A stretch of DNA of 64,000 nucleotides from the NCBI GenBank assembly GCA_013151965.1, contig JAADHF010000131.1, positions 129,763 through 193,762 of the forward strand, in the 5' to 3' direction. A model generated the notes under the pieces. It was not told where the DNA came from and ran no database searches. It saw nothing but the letters and a program-made list of their open reading frames with translations. Position numbers and translations under genes: made by a program. Origin of the DNA: Spirochaetota bacterium (lineage in GTDB: Bacteria > Spirochaetota > Spirochaetia > SZUA-6). The number at the start of each line of letters is the position of its first letter. Positions within the stretch are counted from its first letter, which is position 1. This document shows, piece after piece, positions 51,742 to 62,249 of this stretch.

Positions 51742-52862
51742 GTGACGGATCATTGTCACAGGATGAAATAGATGCTTTGTTACAGGGAACGGATAATATC
51801 GAGATGGAAACGGCGGAATCTGTTCCGTCGCCGTTAAGCGAGCAGGAAAAAAATGTATTTCAGAATTTACTGAAGGATATTATCGAATCACAGAGTTCGA
51901 ATTTATCTATTTTAACAGGCAAAACAGTAACGATCGGTGCACCGGAAATAACCTTAAGCACAAGAGCGGAAATTATAGAGCAATTACCGGATGAGATCAT
52001 CGATGTAAAGATCGATTTTACAGAGGGTGTGGTCGGGGAGCATTCATATTTTTTAACCGTTGAATCGGCAAATATTATTGCCGGACTTATGATGGGGCAG
52101 ACCGGCAATGAATTGGACGAAGCTGCACTGTCCGCTGTTTCGGAAGCAATTTCTCAGGTCACGGGTTCTGCGACAACTGCCATAGGTAATCAGATCGGCA
52201 GGCTGCTTAAAACAAGTCCTCCTGATTTAAAGAAACAGGAGAAAGCAAATGTAAGACTGCCTCAGGGTGATAATGTGGTAAGTATTGTTTATCCTCTTTC
52301 CATAGAGGGTGAGGAACCATCTAAACTCTACGAGGTTTTCTCGCTTTCTGCAGTTAAGGAATTGGTCTCTTTAGCCGGCGGTGCTGTTCCTGAGGCACCT
52401 TCGGCAGGAGAAGCGGCTGCCGGGCCCGAAGCCGGGGCATCGCCTGCATTTCCGGGAAACATTTTCGGTGAGCAGGGAGGGGGAATGCAGCAGACATTCG
52501 GCCAATCCGTTGGGAGTCCCGGGCTAGGACCTGCCGCTAATCCTCCCAATGTACAGCCGGTTCAATTTGCAAATCTTCAGCAGACCATGAGCAGTGCGGA
52601 ACAGGGGAATATCGGGCTTCTCATGGATGTATATATGGAAATGACCGTCGAACTGGGAAGAACAAAGAAGCTCATAAAGGATATTTTAGGGATAGGTGAA
52701 GGCACTATTATAGAGCTGGATAAACTTGCAGGAGAGCCGGTTGATATTCTTGTTAATCATAAATTAATAGCAAAAGGCGAGGTTGTCGTAATCGATGAAA
52801 ATTTCGGTGTGCGGGTAACGGAAATCGTATCACCTATGGAGCGAATGAGTGATCTGTCATAA
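51738..52862 (+). CDS. fliY: Flagellar motor switch protein FliY (long FliN form with a CheC-like domain).
   Basis: N-terminal LSQDEIDALLQG. CheC-like middle region. A Pro/Ala/Gly-rich linker. C-terminal SpoA/FliN domain VELGRTKKLIKDILGIGEGTIIELD...VNHKLIAKGEVVVIDENFGVRVTEI. Confidence 0.85.
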   Translation: MSDGSLSQDEIDALLQGTDNIEMETAESVPSPLSEQEKNVFQNLLKDIIESQSSNLSILTGKTVTIGAPEITLSTRAEIIEQLPDEIIDVKIDFTEGVVGEHSYFLTVESANIIAGLMMGQTGNELDEAALSAVSEAISQVTGSATTAIGNQIGRLLKTSPPDLKKQEKANVRLPQGDNVVSIVYPLSIEGEEPSKLYEVFSLSAVKELVSLAGGAVPEAPSAGEAAAGPEAGASPAFPGNIFGEQGGGMQQTFGQSVGSPGLGPAANPPNVQPVQFANLQQTMSSAEQGNIGLLMDVYMEMTVELGRTKKLIKDILGIGEGTIIELDKLAGEPVDILVNHKLIAKGEVVVIDENFGVRVTEIVSPMERMSDLS

Positions 52863-53082
52863 TTATTGACAAATAAAATATATTTTAAACGGGAGGGGAC
52901 ATCTGAAATACTTATTTCGACTTATTCTATTTTTCTCAGCAGTATACTTTGCTTTTCCTACTCCGTTTCTATATGCTCAGAGTTCACAGGGTGCAGGAAA
53001 GGAAACAGGAAAGGTAAAAACTAAAGTTACTCAGAATCCGGAAACAAAGATCATAATTTCGGACACTAATAATACAGCGGCT

Positions 53083-53529
53083 GTGAATCAGCCAAAGAGA
53101 GTTCCCTTAGTATCTACATGGGATTTTATAAGAATGGTCCTTGTATTGGGCGGCGTTGTAGCGGTTATATATCTGCTTTTCTTTTTATTAAAAAAAAGTG
53201 CAAAGAAGAGGTTTTCGGATAATGAGTTCATAGAAATTATCGGCTCGAAAGACTTATCCGGCGGTAAAGCATTGCACCTTGTAAAGGTGGGTGAAAGTAT
53301 ATTCTTAATAGGATCGGCTGATAACAGTATAAATCTGGTATCGCAGATAACAGAAAAGGAAAGCCTCGATTCTTTAAAACTGGATATATCACAGAAAACT
53401 CAGGGAAACAGAAAGAGCTTTCAGAATGCGCTGTCTGACATTTTTCGAAAAAGAACGGATACAGATCCTCTGGTTAATTCCGCTCATTTTATTAAAAAAC
53501 AGCGTGAAAGGTTGCATAAATTGAAATAA
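53083..53529 (+). CDS. fliO: Flagellar biosynthesis protein FliO/FliZ (single-TM). A 5' extension back to CTG 52903 is possible.
   Basis: TM VLVLGGVVAVIYLLFFLL. It sits immediately upstream of fliP. The coordinates follow the first ATG. See the finding on the upstream open frame. Confidence 0.6.
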   Translation: MNQPKRVPLVSTWDFIRMVLVLGGVVAVIYLLFFLLKKSAKKRFSDNEFIEIIGSKDLSGGKALHLVKVGESIFLIGSADNSINLVSQITEKESLDSLKLDISQKTQGNRKSFQNALSDIFRKRTDTDPLVNSAHFIKKQRERLHKLK

Positions 53530-53563
53530 TCTGTTGATTTTAAAAGCAAACTCGGGAGGGGAC

Positions 53564-54358
53564 ATGGTTTTTAAAAAAGCTCTTTTAGTTATATTACTCA
53601 TATACTTTTTCTCTGCGCCGATGTTTCTGTATGCACAGGAAACGGTAAATACACCAAAAGTTAATAATACACAGCTGAATATTCCATATTTTAATTTTAA
53701 TGTCCGGCCTGCGAAGAATAACGGGGAAGTCGTATTATCACTTCAACTGCTGCTGCTGCTCTCCGTATTAACGCTGGCCCCGTCACTCCTTATACTTATG
53801 ACTTCTTTTATCAGGATAGCTCTTGTATTTGATTTTGTTAAACGGGCACTGTCTCTTCAACAGGTTCCGCCCAATCAGATACTTATGGGCATAGCGCTTT
53901 TCCTGACACTTTTTATCATGTGGCCGACTTTTGATAAAATATATACCGATTCGATAAAACCCTTTGCAGACGGCAAGATAGGCTTCCAGGAGATGTACCG
54001 TAAAGCGGAAGGCCCGATAAGGATTTTTATGTACAGGCAGATGAGTGATGATCCTGCAAATATAAGATTGTTCATGAAGATGAGAGATCTGCCCAAACCG
54101 AAAACTCTGGCCGATGTTCCGACCTATGTTTTAATACCGTCTTTTGTTCTTCATGAGATGACAGTTGCTTTTAAGATAGGAATACTTCTCTTTATTCCTT
54201 TTATTATCATAGATATGGTTGTTGCTTCGACTTTAATGTCCATGGGGATGATAATGCTGCCGCCTGTCATGATATCGATGCCGTTTAAATTGATTTTGTT
54301 TGTCCTTGTGAACGGATGGGGACTTATAACTCTGGAACTTGTTAAAAGTTTCCGATAA
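53564..54358 (+). CDS. fliP: Flagellar export apparatus protein FliP.
   Basis: Signal peptide MVFKKALLVILLIYFFSAPMFLYAQ. Conserved FliP TM core. ATG 53564 lies 3 nt after GGGAGGGG. The ORF track gives 53534 in the same frame. Confidence 0.9.
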   Translation: MVFKKALLVILLIYFFSAPMFLYAQETVNTPKVNNTQLNIPYFNFNVRPAKNNGEVVLSLQLLLLLSVLTLAPSLLILMTSFIRIALVFDFVKRALSLQQVPPNQILMGIALFLTLFIMWPTFDKIYTDSIKPFADGKIGFQEMYRKAEGPIRIFMYRQMSDDPANIRLFMKMRDLPKPKTLADVPTYVLIPSFVLHEMTVAFKIGILLFIPFIIIDMVVASTLMSMGMIMLPPVMISMPFKLILFVLVNGWGLITLELVKSFR

Positions 54359-54379
54359 TTATTTATAGAGGAGGGGATT

Positions 54380-54649
54380 ATGAGTATTGGATTTGCCGTT
54401 AATATAATGCGCGGGGGTGTACTGCAGACTCTGATGATTTCATCGCCGATACTGCTTATAGGAATGCTTGTGGGTCTTATAATATCTATTCTGCAGGCTA
54501 CAACTTCGATTCAGGAACAGACACTCACATTTGTCCCTAAAATAGTAGCGATTTTAGGAGCGATATTTCTATTCGGTCCATGGATTATTACTTCGATGGT
54601 TCAATTTACAAAAAGACTGTTTGAACAAATACCTAACATGACCGGTTAG
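54380..54649 (+). CDS. fliQ: Flagellar export apparatus protein FliQ.
   Basis: 89 aa and two TMs. Conserved FliQ. Confidence 0.9.
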   Translation: MSIGFAVNIMRGGVLQTLMISSPILLIGMLVGLIISILQATTSIQEQTLTFVPKIVAILGAIFLFGPWIITSMVQFTKRLFEQIPNMTG

Positions 54650-54691
54650 CAGGAGGACTTTTCTTAAAAAATTACACATGGATAAAAATAG

Positions 54692-55480
54692 ATGTTTGAT
54701 TTAACAATTAAAAACTTTCAGCTGTTTCTGATTATTCTGTTTCGTATTCTTGCAATGGTCGAGGTCGCACCCCTTCTTTCGTCGTCGCTAATTCCTCAGC
54801 TTGCAAAGGTCGGGCTTTCATTTTTTACTGCAGTTGTAGTCTATCCGTGGGTTGTCCAGATGGGGTATCAGATTCCGGATAATGCCGTACAGTATTTTAT
54901 GCTGGTTATAGGGGAAGTTTTAATCGGAATAATCATAGGATTCTTCCTGACTCTGATTTATGCCGCTTTTCTAGTGGCAGGTCAGTTTTTTTCGCTTCAG
55001 ATGGGATTCGGTGCATCACAGGTATATGATCCTCTCGCGCAGATTCAAATTCCGCTTATGGGGCAGTTTCTTAATCTTATTGCGATGCTTGTATTTCTCT
55101 CGATTAACGGATTTCAAAAATTTATGCTTGTCGGCGTTATGCGTTCTTTCCAGACAATAAAGGCCATCGATCTTGTTACGGGCAGGGATTATCTTGTCCA
55201 ATTGTTTATTCGAAGCCTGGGTAAACTATTTGCCAATGCACTTACAATAGCTTTCCCCGTTCTCGGCACTTTGCTTTTAATATCCATCTCCATGGGTCTG
55301 CTTGCGAAAGCGGCTCCGCAGATGAATCTGCTTATGATGGGTTTCCCGATAGCTATCGGGGTGGGTTTCTTAATTCTGTTTTTAACAATACCCTTTCTCG
55401 TTTCGGCGTTCGAAAGGATTATAGACATGAGTTTTAACAGCCTTGCACGATTATATCTGCATATAGGCGGAGGAAGCTGA
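54692..55480 (+). CDS. fliR: Flagellar export apparatus protein FliR.
   Basis: 262 aa polytopic protein. It lies between fliQ and flhB. Confidence 0.85.
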   Translation: MFDLTIKNFQLFLIILFRILAMVEVAPLLSSSLIPQLAKVGLSFFTAVVVYPWVVQMGYQIPDNAVQYFMLVIGEVLIGIIIGFFLTLIYAAFLVAGQFFSLQMGFGASQVYDPLAQIQIPLMGQFLNLIAMLVFLSINGFQKFMLVGVMRSFQTIKAIDLVTGRDYLVQLFIRSLGKLFANALTIAFPVLGTLLLISISMGLLAKAAPQMNLLMMGFPIAIGVGFLILFLTIPFLVSAFERIIDMSFNSLARLYLHIGGGS

Positions 55481-56619
55481 TGTTTTTTGATGATTTATAC
55501 AGGCTGCCTGTTTCGACACCATTCGAAATAGACCTCCAGTGGTTTGCCGCGGAGGATGAGGGAAGGACAGAGCAACCCACAGAACAAAAGCTGCGTAAGG
55601 CGAGAGAAGAGGGAAAGGTTGTAAAATCCGTCGAATTTACATCCGCGCTGGTACTTCTGTTCAGTATCATTACGATAGCAATATTTTCATCAGGCATTTT
55701 AAGGACGACCATGGACATGTTAAGGTTCTTCCTGTCGAATTCCACACAGATAGATATTTCCACAAGCACCATAGTTCCTCAGGCCTTTATTTCGTTTTTT
55801 GTAAAGATTACCGCACCGGTATTTGTTGTTGCATTTATTGCCGCTCTTTTAGGAAATGTTTTTCAGGTCGGAATTATGTTTACTGCAAAAACGATAATCC
55901 CTGATTTTAAGAAAATTGTTCCCCGTTTTGGTAAATTCTTTAAGCGTGCCATGTTTTCCGGTGAGGCAGCCTTTAATCTTGGAAAATCTATTTTCAAGGT
56001 GATTTTTATAGGTTTAATCGCATATTTGAATATCAAAGGGGAAGTTCCGAGAATTACCAATCTTGTGGAGACGCCTTTTTTAATGTCTTTCAGTCTGATC
56101 GTACTTATTGCGTTTAAAATAATTGTAGAAGCTGCTGTTGCTTTATTGGTTCTTGCCATACCTGATTATATGTTTCAGAAAAGGCTGCATATCGAATCAT
56201 TAAAGATGTCCAAACAGGAGATTAAGGAAGAGAGAAGAATGTACGAAGGAGATCCCCTTGTAAAGAGCAGGCTGCGCGAAAGAATGAGGGATCTGTTAAC
56301 TCAGAATATGCTTAAGAATGTCCCGAAAGCGGATGTTGTCATAACGAACCCGACCCATTTTGCAATAGCACTTGAATGGGACAGGGTTACCATGGTTGCC
56401 CCGGTTGTTACGGCAAAGGGAGCGGATAATATGGCTAAAAAGATAAAGGAAGTTGCAAAGGAAAACGACGTACCCCTAATAGAAAATAAGCCATTGGCAA
56501 GGGCTCTTTACAAAGAGGTGGAGATAGGTGATTCGATTCCTGAAGAATTCTACGAAGCAATGGCAACGATACTGGCTCAGATTTACAGGTTAACCGGCAA
56601 AAAACAGGAAGCGGTTTAG
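55480..56619 (+). CDS. flhB: Flagellar export apparatus protein FlhB.
   Basis: Four TMs plus the cytoplasmic domain with the autocleavage motif NPTHFAIAL. The ATG overlaps the fliR TGA. Confidence 0.9.
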   Translation: MFFDDLYRLPVSTPFEIDLQWFAAEDEGRTEQPTEQKLRKAREEGKVVKSVEFTSALVLLFSIITIAIFSSGILRTTMDMLRFFLSNSTQIDISTSTIVPQAFISFFVKITAPVFVVAFIAALLGNVFQVGIMFTAKTIIPDFKKIVPRFGKFFKRAMFSGEAAFNLGKSIFKVIFIGLIAYLNIKGEVPRITNLVETPFLMSFSLIVLIAFKIIVEAAVALLVLAIPDYMFQKRLHIESLKMSKQEIKEERRMYEGDPLVKSRLRERMRDLLTQNMLKNVPKADVVITNPTHFAIALEWDRVTMVAPVVTAKGADNMAKKIKEVAKENDVPLIENKPLARALYKEVEIGDSIPEEFYEAMATILAQIYRLTGKKQEAV

Positions 56620-56640
56620 GATTAAAGTGAGGATAAATTA

Positions 56641-58737
56641 ATGGCAGATGCAAGAAAAATAAGCGGCCCGGTCTGGCAGCAGAAGAGCGATATACTTGTT
56701 GCTGTAGGTGTTATCATAATAATAATGATGATGCTTATACCTCTGCCCGCATTTATTCTCGATACACTCATGGCGACAAACCTTGTCTTAAGCCTGCTGA
56801 TTATTCTTATTGTGCTCTACACAAGGCATGCACTTGAATTTACGGTTTTTCCGACATTGCTCCTTATTTCCACTGTTTTCGGGCTTGCACTTAATATTTC
56901 GTCCACACGGCTGATTCTTTCAAAGGGAAGCCATTTTAACGGGAAAATAGTAAGGGCCTTCGGTACCTTTGTGACGGGAACAAGCGGTCTGGAGGGCTAT
57001 GTAATAGGATTTATTATTTTTGTAATTATCATAGCTGTTCAATTTATTGTTATTACAAAGGGTTCTACCCGTGTTGCAGAGGTAGCTGCCCGGTTTACCC
57101 TGGATGCACTGCCCGGTAAGCAGATGTCGATAGAGGCTGAGTATAATTCGGGACTGCTGACGGAAGAAGAAGCTACAACGAAGAAGGGCAATCTGCAGAA
57201 GGAAGCCGATTTCTACGGCGCAATGGATGGTGCTTCCAAGTTTGTTTCCGGTAATGTTAAGGTCGGTATCCTGATCACTGTTATAAACATGCTGGGCGGA
57301 ATGATAGTCGGTATGAGCATCCACGGGGAACCATGGAAAGTGGCGATCGATACTTATATATCGCTTACAATAGGCGACGGATTGGTTACGCAGCTTCCCG
57401 CTCTGCTCATTTCGACAGCTACAGGCATAATTGTAACAAGAGCTATTTCCGATGCATCCTTCGGCAAGGATATAACAGAGCAGTTTTCTCATCAGACCAG
57501 GCCGTATTGGATCGCTGCGGGATTTTTGATCGTTTTAGGTATTTTGCCCGGGTTTCCGTGGTATGTGCTGTTTCCCATGGGAGGCCTTCTTGGAGCTTTA
57601 GGGTTTTCTCTGAGCAGAAAAGCATTGGCGGAGGAGGAGAAAGCAAAATTAGAAGCGGCTGTGGGGAGAGAAACTACTGCACCTATCGAAATATCGCCTG
57701 TTGTCCCCCTGGATCCGCTGTCGCTCGAATTGGGTTACGGTCTTATTCCGCTGGTAGATAAAGATCAGGGTGCGGAACTTCTGGATAGAATTACCAGAAT
57801 CAGAAGGGAAGCGGCGCTGGATCTGGGACTTGTCGTTCCGAGGATCAGAATAATTGATAACATGAGGCTCGAACCCTCGGAATACTGTCTTAAAATTCGC
57901 GGAGTGGAGGTCGGAAGGGGAAAGATAAAAATGGGGCATTACCTCTCGATAAATCCGGGAGGAATAAAAGAAGAAATAGAGGGAGAACCTACAAAGGATC
58001 CTGCATTCGGGCTTTCTGCGGTATGGATTACCGAAGAGTCGAGGGAAAAAGCCGAGCAATTCGGCTATACGGTTGTAGATCCGCCGTCTATCATAGCCAC
58101 GCATTTAACAGAGATTATAAAGAGAAATGCATCTGAGATTTTAGGAAGGCAGGAAGTACAGTCTATTCTCGATACTCTTAAGAATGATTATCCTGCTGTA
58201 ATAGATGAGGTAGTAAAAACACTGTCCGTGGGAGAAATCCAGAAGGTACTGCAGGGGCTCTTAAGGGAACAGGTTTCCATACGTAATATGGTTATTATTC
58301 TGGAAACAGTTGCGGATTATGCAGGTGTTACAAAGGATATCGGATTCCTCATAGAAAAAGTCCGCCAGGCACTGGGCAGACAGCTGTGTATACAATATGC
58401 TGATGACTCAAAAACTTTAAAGGTTCTTACCCTCGATCCCGAACTGGAAAAGCAGATTATCGAATCACGGGTGGAAACAACATCCGGTGTTACTGCTGCT
58501 TTAGAACCTGAGATGCAGCGTAAATGGGTTAATGCGTTAATGAACAGTGTTAAAAATGTGCAGAGCAGCGGACAGCTTCCGATTATACTATGTTCCGAAG
58601 CGGCGAGGCCGCTTGTAAAGACCAGTACAATAAGGGAGATACCGCATCTTGTTGTTCTCTCCGTGCCGGAAATCGTTCCGGATATTACAGTAGAATCGAT
58701 CGGAACAATAACAGTTTCAGAGGAGAGGGTATCATAA
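56641..58737 (+). CDS. flhA: Flagellar export apparatus protein FlhA.
   Basis: 698 aa. An N-terminal polytopic domain and a conserved cytoplasmic ring domain. Confidence 0.95.
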   Translation: MADARKISGPVWQQKSDILVAVGVIIIIMMMLIPLPAFILDTLMATNLVLSLLIILIVLYTRHALEFTVFPTLLLISTVFGLALNISSTRLILSKGSHFNGKIVRAFGTFVTGTSGLEGYVIGFIIFVIIIAVQFIVITKGSTRVAEVAARFTLDALPGKQMSIEAEYNSGLLTEEEATTKKGNLQKEADFYGAMDGASKFVSGNVKVGILITVINMLGGMIVGMSIHGEPWKVAIDTYISLTIGDGLVTQLPALLISTATGIIVTRAISDASFGKDITEQFSHQTRPYWIAAGFLIVLGILPGFPWYVLFPMGGLLGALGFSLSRKALAEEEKAKLEAAVGRETTAPIEISPVVPLDPLSLELGYGLIPLVDKDQGAELLDRITRIRREAALDLGLVVPRIRIIDNMRLEPSEYCLKIRGVEVGRGKIKMGHYLSINPGGIKEEIEGEPTKDPAFGLSAVWITEESREKAEQFGYTVVDPPSIIATHLTEIIKRNASEILGRQEVQSILDTLKNDYPAVIDEVVKTLSVGEIQKVLQGLLREQVSIRNMVIILETVADYAGVTKDIGFLIEKVRQALGRQLCIQYADDSKTLKVLTLDPELEKQIIESRVETTSGVTAALEPEMQRKWVNALMNSVKNVQSSGQLPIILCSEAARPLVKTSTIREIPHLVVLSVPEIVPDITVESIGTITVSEERVS

Positions 58738-59928
58738 ATGCAGTATTTTACAATTCAGGCAGCATCACATCGTGAAGCACTGGAAAAAATGAAACTACAG
58801 TACGGGGATAATGCAAGGATATTAACGCACAGAAACATCAGGCTGGGAGGATTTCTCGGCCTCTTTTCAAGGGAAGGTGTGGAAATAACCGGATATATTT
58901 CCAGGGAACCGTTAAGGAGAAAGAATCTGCAGATGGAAGAGGAGAAAAGCAAAATCCTGGAAAATGTAAAAAAGGATCAGACTCTGCAGAAACTTCTGGA
59001 AGAAATCCAATCTTTAAAAAAAGACCTTAATATAAAAAAGCATGCCGCTAATGAAGATCATCCTGCAATAAGAGAGATGGAATCTCTGCTTAAAATGAAT
59101 GAATTTTCAGACGAATTCATAAAAGATGCGGTAACCTGGATGGAATCGAAATTTTCATTAGATGAACTTGGAAACAGGGATGATCTTCATAGTGCAATGC
59201 TTGAATGGATAGGAAACAAGATATTAATCGGCAGCCCGATAATGTTTAACGAGAATCAGGATGCAAAGGTTGTCACTATTATAGGTCCCACAGGAGTAGG
59301 AAAAACCACTACGATTGCAAAACTTGCAGCTATATACGGAATAGGCAACTCCGGAATAAATCCCCGGAGGGTACGCATAGTAACAATAGATTATTACAGG
59401 ATAGGAGCGGAACAGCAGATAAAGAAGTACGGCGAGATTATGAAAATCCCTGTTTCTTCTGCGGAAACAAGAGAAGATTTAAAGAAAATTCTTGCATTGT
59501 ACAGGGATACCGATCTTATTTTGATAGATACAATCGGCAAGAGTCCGAAGGATTATGAAAAATTGGGAGAGATGAAAAATCTGCTCGATGTCTGCAGCAG
59601 GAGGAGCGAAACTTTCCTTGCGTTAAGCGCTACAACCAAGGCGTCGGATGCAGAGGATATTATGAGACATTTTGAACCCTTCGACTATAAATCCGTTATT
59701 CTTACGAAACTCGATGAAACATCACGTATCGGAAATATTATCAGCGTACTTGCAAAGAAAAGAAGAAGCATAACATATATTTCCGACGGTCAGTCGGTGC
59801 CGCAGGACTTAGAGGATGCATCGGTTATTCGTTTTCTTATGAATCTTGATGGATTCCATGTAAATAGAGAATATCTGGAGACCAGATATGGTAAACGTGA
59901 ATTAAGTTTAAAAGGTATTTGGAGTTAA
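58738..59928 (+). CDS. flhF: Flagellar biosynthesis GTPase FlhF (SRP-type).
   Basis: [27 protein letters not shown] and LTKLDETSRIGNIISVL are SRP-GTPase motifs. Confidence 0.9.
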   Translation: MQYFTIQAASHREALEKMKLQYGDNARILTHRNIRLGGFLGLFSREGVEITGYISREPLRRKNLQMEEEKSKILENVKKDQTLQKLLEEIQSLKKDLNIKKHAANEDHPAIREMESLLKMNEFSDEFIKDAVTWMESKFSLDELGNRDDLHSAMLEWIGNKILIGSPIMFNENQDAKVVTIIGPTGVGKTTTIAKLAAIYGIGNSGINPRRVRIVTIDYYRIGAEQQIKKYGEIMKIPVSSAETREDLKKILALYRDTDLILIDTIGKSPKDYEKLGEMKNLLDVCSRRSETFLALSATTKASDAEDIMRHFEPFDYKSVILTKLDETSRIGNIISVLAKKRRSITYISDGQSVPQDLEDASVIRFLMNLDGFHVNREYLETRYGKRELSLKGIWS

Positions 59929-59929
59929 A

Positions 59930-60787
59930 ATGACTGATCAGGCAGAAAAACTGCGAGAAATAATGCAGAAAAAAGAACAGAGGGTTAAGGGTAATGCACG
60001 GGTTATTGCTGTTTCCAGCGGAAAGGGAGGAGTTGGCAAGACCAACTTTGCAATCAATTTAGCACTTGCCTATGCTCAACTCGGAAGAAAGGTGATAGTA
60101 CTGGATGCAGATCTGGGACTGGCTAATGTTAATGTCATTTTAGGGGTTATACCCAAGTACAATCTCTACCATCTTATAAAAAAGCAGAAAAAGTTACGTG
60201 ATATAATTATACAGACGGATTACGGAATACAGATTATTGCAGGTGCTTCCGGTTTTGCAAAGATTGCCAACCTGTCGGATGAAGAAAGACAGGACTTTAT
60301 AAATGAGCTGGATGATCTATCCGGTGCGGATGTAATAATCATCGATACAAGCGCCGGTGTTTCCGATAACGTACTGGGATTTATTGCGGCTTCGGATGAT
60401 GTTATTATTGTTACTACACCTGAACCAACGGCTATTACCGATGCATACGGTATAATCAAAATTATTGCAACGGAAATTGACTATGTCGATCTGGATCTTA
60501 AACTTGTTGTTAATCGTGTAAATTCGGTTGTAGAGGGCAAAAAAGTGGCCGAACGTGTTATAAACATCGCCGGACAATTTCTTAATTTAAAGGTGGATTA
60601 CCTGGGGTTTATATATGATGATAATCTTGTGCATACGGCTGTGTTAAAGCAGAAACCTTTTTTTATATTGGATTCCAGAGGAAAGGCTTCCATATGTATC
60701 AAGCATATTGCCAGCAGGCTGGAAAACATCGACTATAAGGAGGGAAGCGGGCTGGGTAAATTTTTTAAGAAGCTCTTTAAAGGTTAA
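59930..60787 (+). CDS. flhG: MinD-like ATPase FlhG (YlxH/FleN).
   Basis: Deviant Walker A SSGKGGVGKTNFAINLA. Position is after flhF. Confidence 0.85.
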   Translation: MTDQAEKLREIMQKKEQRVKGNARVIAVSSGKGGVGKTNFAINLALAYAQLGRKVIVLDADLGLANVNVILGVIPKYNLYHLIKKQKKLRDIIIQTDYGIQIIAGASGFAKIANLSDEERQDFINELDDLSGADVIIIDTSAGVSDNVLGFIAASDDVIIVTTPEPTAITDAYGIIKIIATEIDYVDLDLKLVVNRVNSVVEGKKVAERVINIAGQFLNLKVDYLGFIYDDNLVHTAVLKQKPFFILDSRGKASICIKHIASRLENIDYKEGSGLGKFFKKLFKG

Positions 60788-60843
60788 TACGTTCATTATC
60801 TTGACCTGCTGTTTTATTTAACCTAATCTATAAGAGGGTTGTT

Positions 60844-61452
60844 ATGTTTAACTGGAAGATAAATATCTATACGTTTACAGGCGGGTTTGCTCTTTCTTTT
60901 TTAATCGGTATTATCAGCAGGAACCCTTTCGGTGTGGTTATATTACGTTCTCTGCTCTCCGGTATTATTACCGGCGGGGTAGGTATGGGGATTATATTTG
61001 TTTTTAATAAATATTTTCCTGATATGATGAAAGAAGAAAAAAAGGAAGAAATTAAAAGCAAAGAAATGGGTGAAAGCATCGATATCGTTCTCCCCGAAGA
61101 AAATCCGCATATCGGGCAGGAAAACGATACAATCGAAGAAGTCGAAGAGGTAGTAGAGGAAATCGAAACCGGTCAGGATGAAGGCTCGGAAGAGAATGCG
61201 GCAGAAACCTTACAGGAAAATGCAGGGGAAACGGCTGAAAACTTAACACCGGAAGATGAAAGCGGTAAAAGCGGGACAACGCTTCCGGAGCTTGATTCTC
61301 TGGCCATGGATTCTTTTGATACTGGCAGCGCCTCCGCATCGTTTGCCGGCAGAAGCAATCGCAGTAATTCCGAAGCAGCGGGAATGGAATCCGATCCGGA
61401 AACCCTGGCAAAAGCTGTACGTTCGTTTATGAAGAAAGATGAGGAAGGATAG
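60844..61452 (+). CDS. Hypothetical membrane protein with two N-terminal TM helices and a long acidic low-complexity C-terminal tail.
   Basis: TMs [15 protein letters not shown] and [15 protein letters not shown]. The tail is rich in E, D, S and T. It lies between flhG and fliA. I recognise no domain. Confidence 0.5.
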   Translation: MFNWKINIYTFTGGFALSFLIGIISRNPFGVVILRSLLSGIITGGVGMGIIFVFNKYFPDMMKEEKKEEIKSKEMGESIDIVLPEENPHIGQENDTIEEVEEVVEEIETGQDEGSEENAAETLQENAGETAENLTPEDESGKSGTTLPELDSLAMDSFDTGSASASFAGRSNRSNSEAAGMESDPETLAKAVRSFMKKDEEG

Positions 61453-61460
61453 TAACGGTT

Positions 61461-62249
61461 ATGGGGAGTAATATTTTTGATGGAAAGACGGAAGATGAAC
61501 TGTGGAAACTATACAAGAAAAAGAAGAATCCGGGAATAAGAGATTATTTTGTTAAACAATATGCGCCTCTTGTGAAATACGTGGCTGGTAAAGTCGCGAT
61601 TGGAATGCCTCATAACGTTGAGTTTGACGATCTCGTCGGATTCGGAATATTCGGATTATTTGATGCAATAGAAAAATTCGATCCCACCAAGCATGTTAAA
61701 TTTAAAACTTATGCGGTAACAAGAATCAGGGGTGCGATTTTCGATGAACTGCGTTCGATAGACTGGGTTCCCCGTTCAGTGCGGCAGAAGACAAGGGAGC
61801 TGGAAGAAATAGTGCGTGTATTAGAATCCAATCTCGGACGTTCCGCCACTGATAAAGAAATTGCAGATGCCATGGGAATGACAATAGAGGATTTTCAGCA
61901 GCTTACCCTGAAAATCAGCGGGACTTCGATACTCTCTTTAAATGATGTATGGTATACAGGCGAAGACAATGATAAAATATCGATAGCGGAAAGTATCGAA
62001 GCTCCTTCGAATTTAAATCCTGATATAATCGTGGAGAAAGAAGAGATTAAACGTGTTATAGTGAATGCAATCAACGATCTGCCGGAAAAGGAGAAAAAGG
62101 TATTAATTCTCTACTACTATGAAGATCTTACATTAAAAGAAATAGGGCAGGTGCTTGAAGTAACAGAGTCGAGAATTTCACAGCTCCATACAAAAGCTAT
62201 AATGCGGCTCAGGGCAAAGCTGACCTCTTTAAGGAAGGGAATCGTATGA
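61461..62249 (+). CDS. fliA: Flagellar sigma factor FliA (sigma-28/WhiG).
   Basis: Region 2 is [43 protein letters not shown]. Region 4.2 is [28 protein letters not shown]. 262 aa. Confidence 0.9.
   Translation: MGSNIFDGKTEDELWKLYKKKKNPGIRDYFVKQYAPLVKYVAGKVAIGMPHNVEFDDLVGFGIFGLFDAIEKFDPTKHVKFKTYAVTRIRGAIFDELRSIDWVPRSVRQKTRELEEIVRVLESNLGRSATDKEIADAMGMTIEDFQQLTLKISGTSILSLNDVWYTGEDNDKISIAESIEAPSNLNPDIIVEKEEIKRVIVNAINDLPEKEKKVLILYYYEDLTLKEIGQVLEVTESRISQLHTKAIMRLRAKLTSLRKGIV

Noticed and set aside
52330-52560. Pro/Ala/Gly-rich low-complexity stretch inside fliY, read at first as a possible separate gene or repeat.
   Set aside because: It is in frame. It links the CheC-like and SpoA/FliN domains, as in other FliY proteins.
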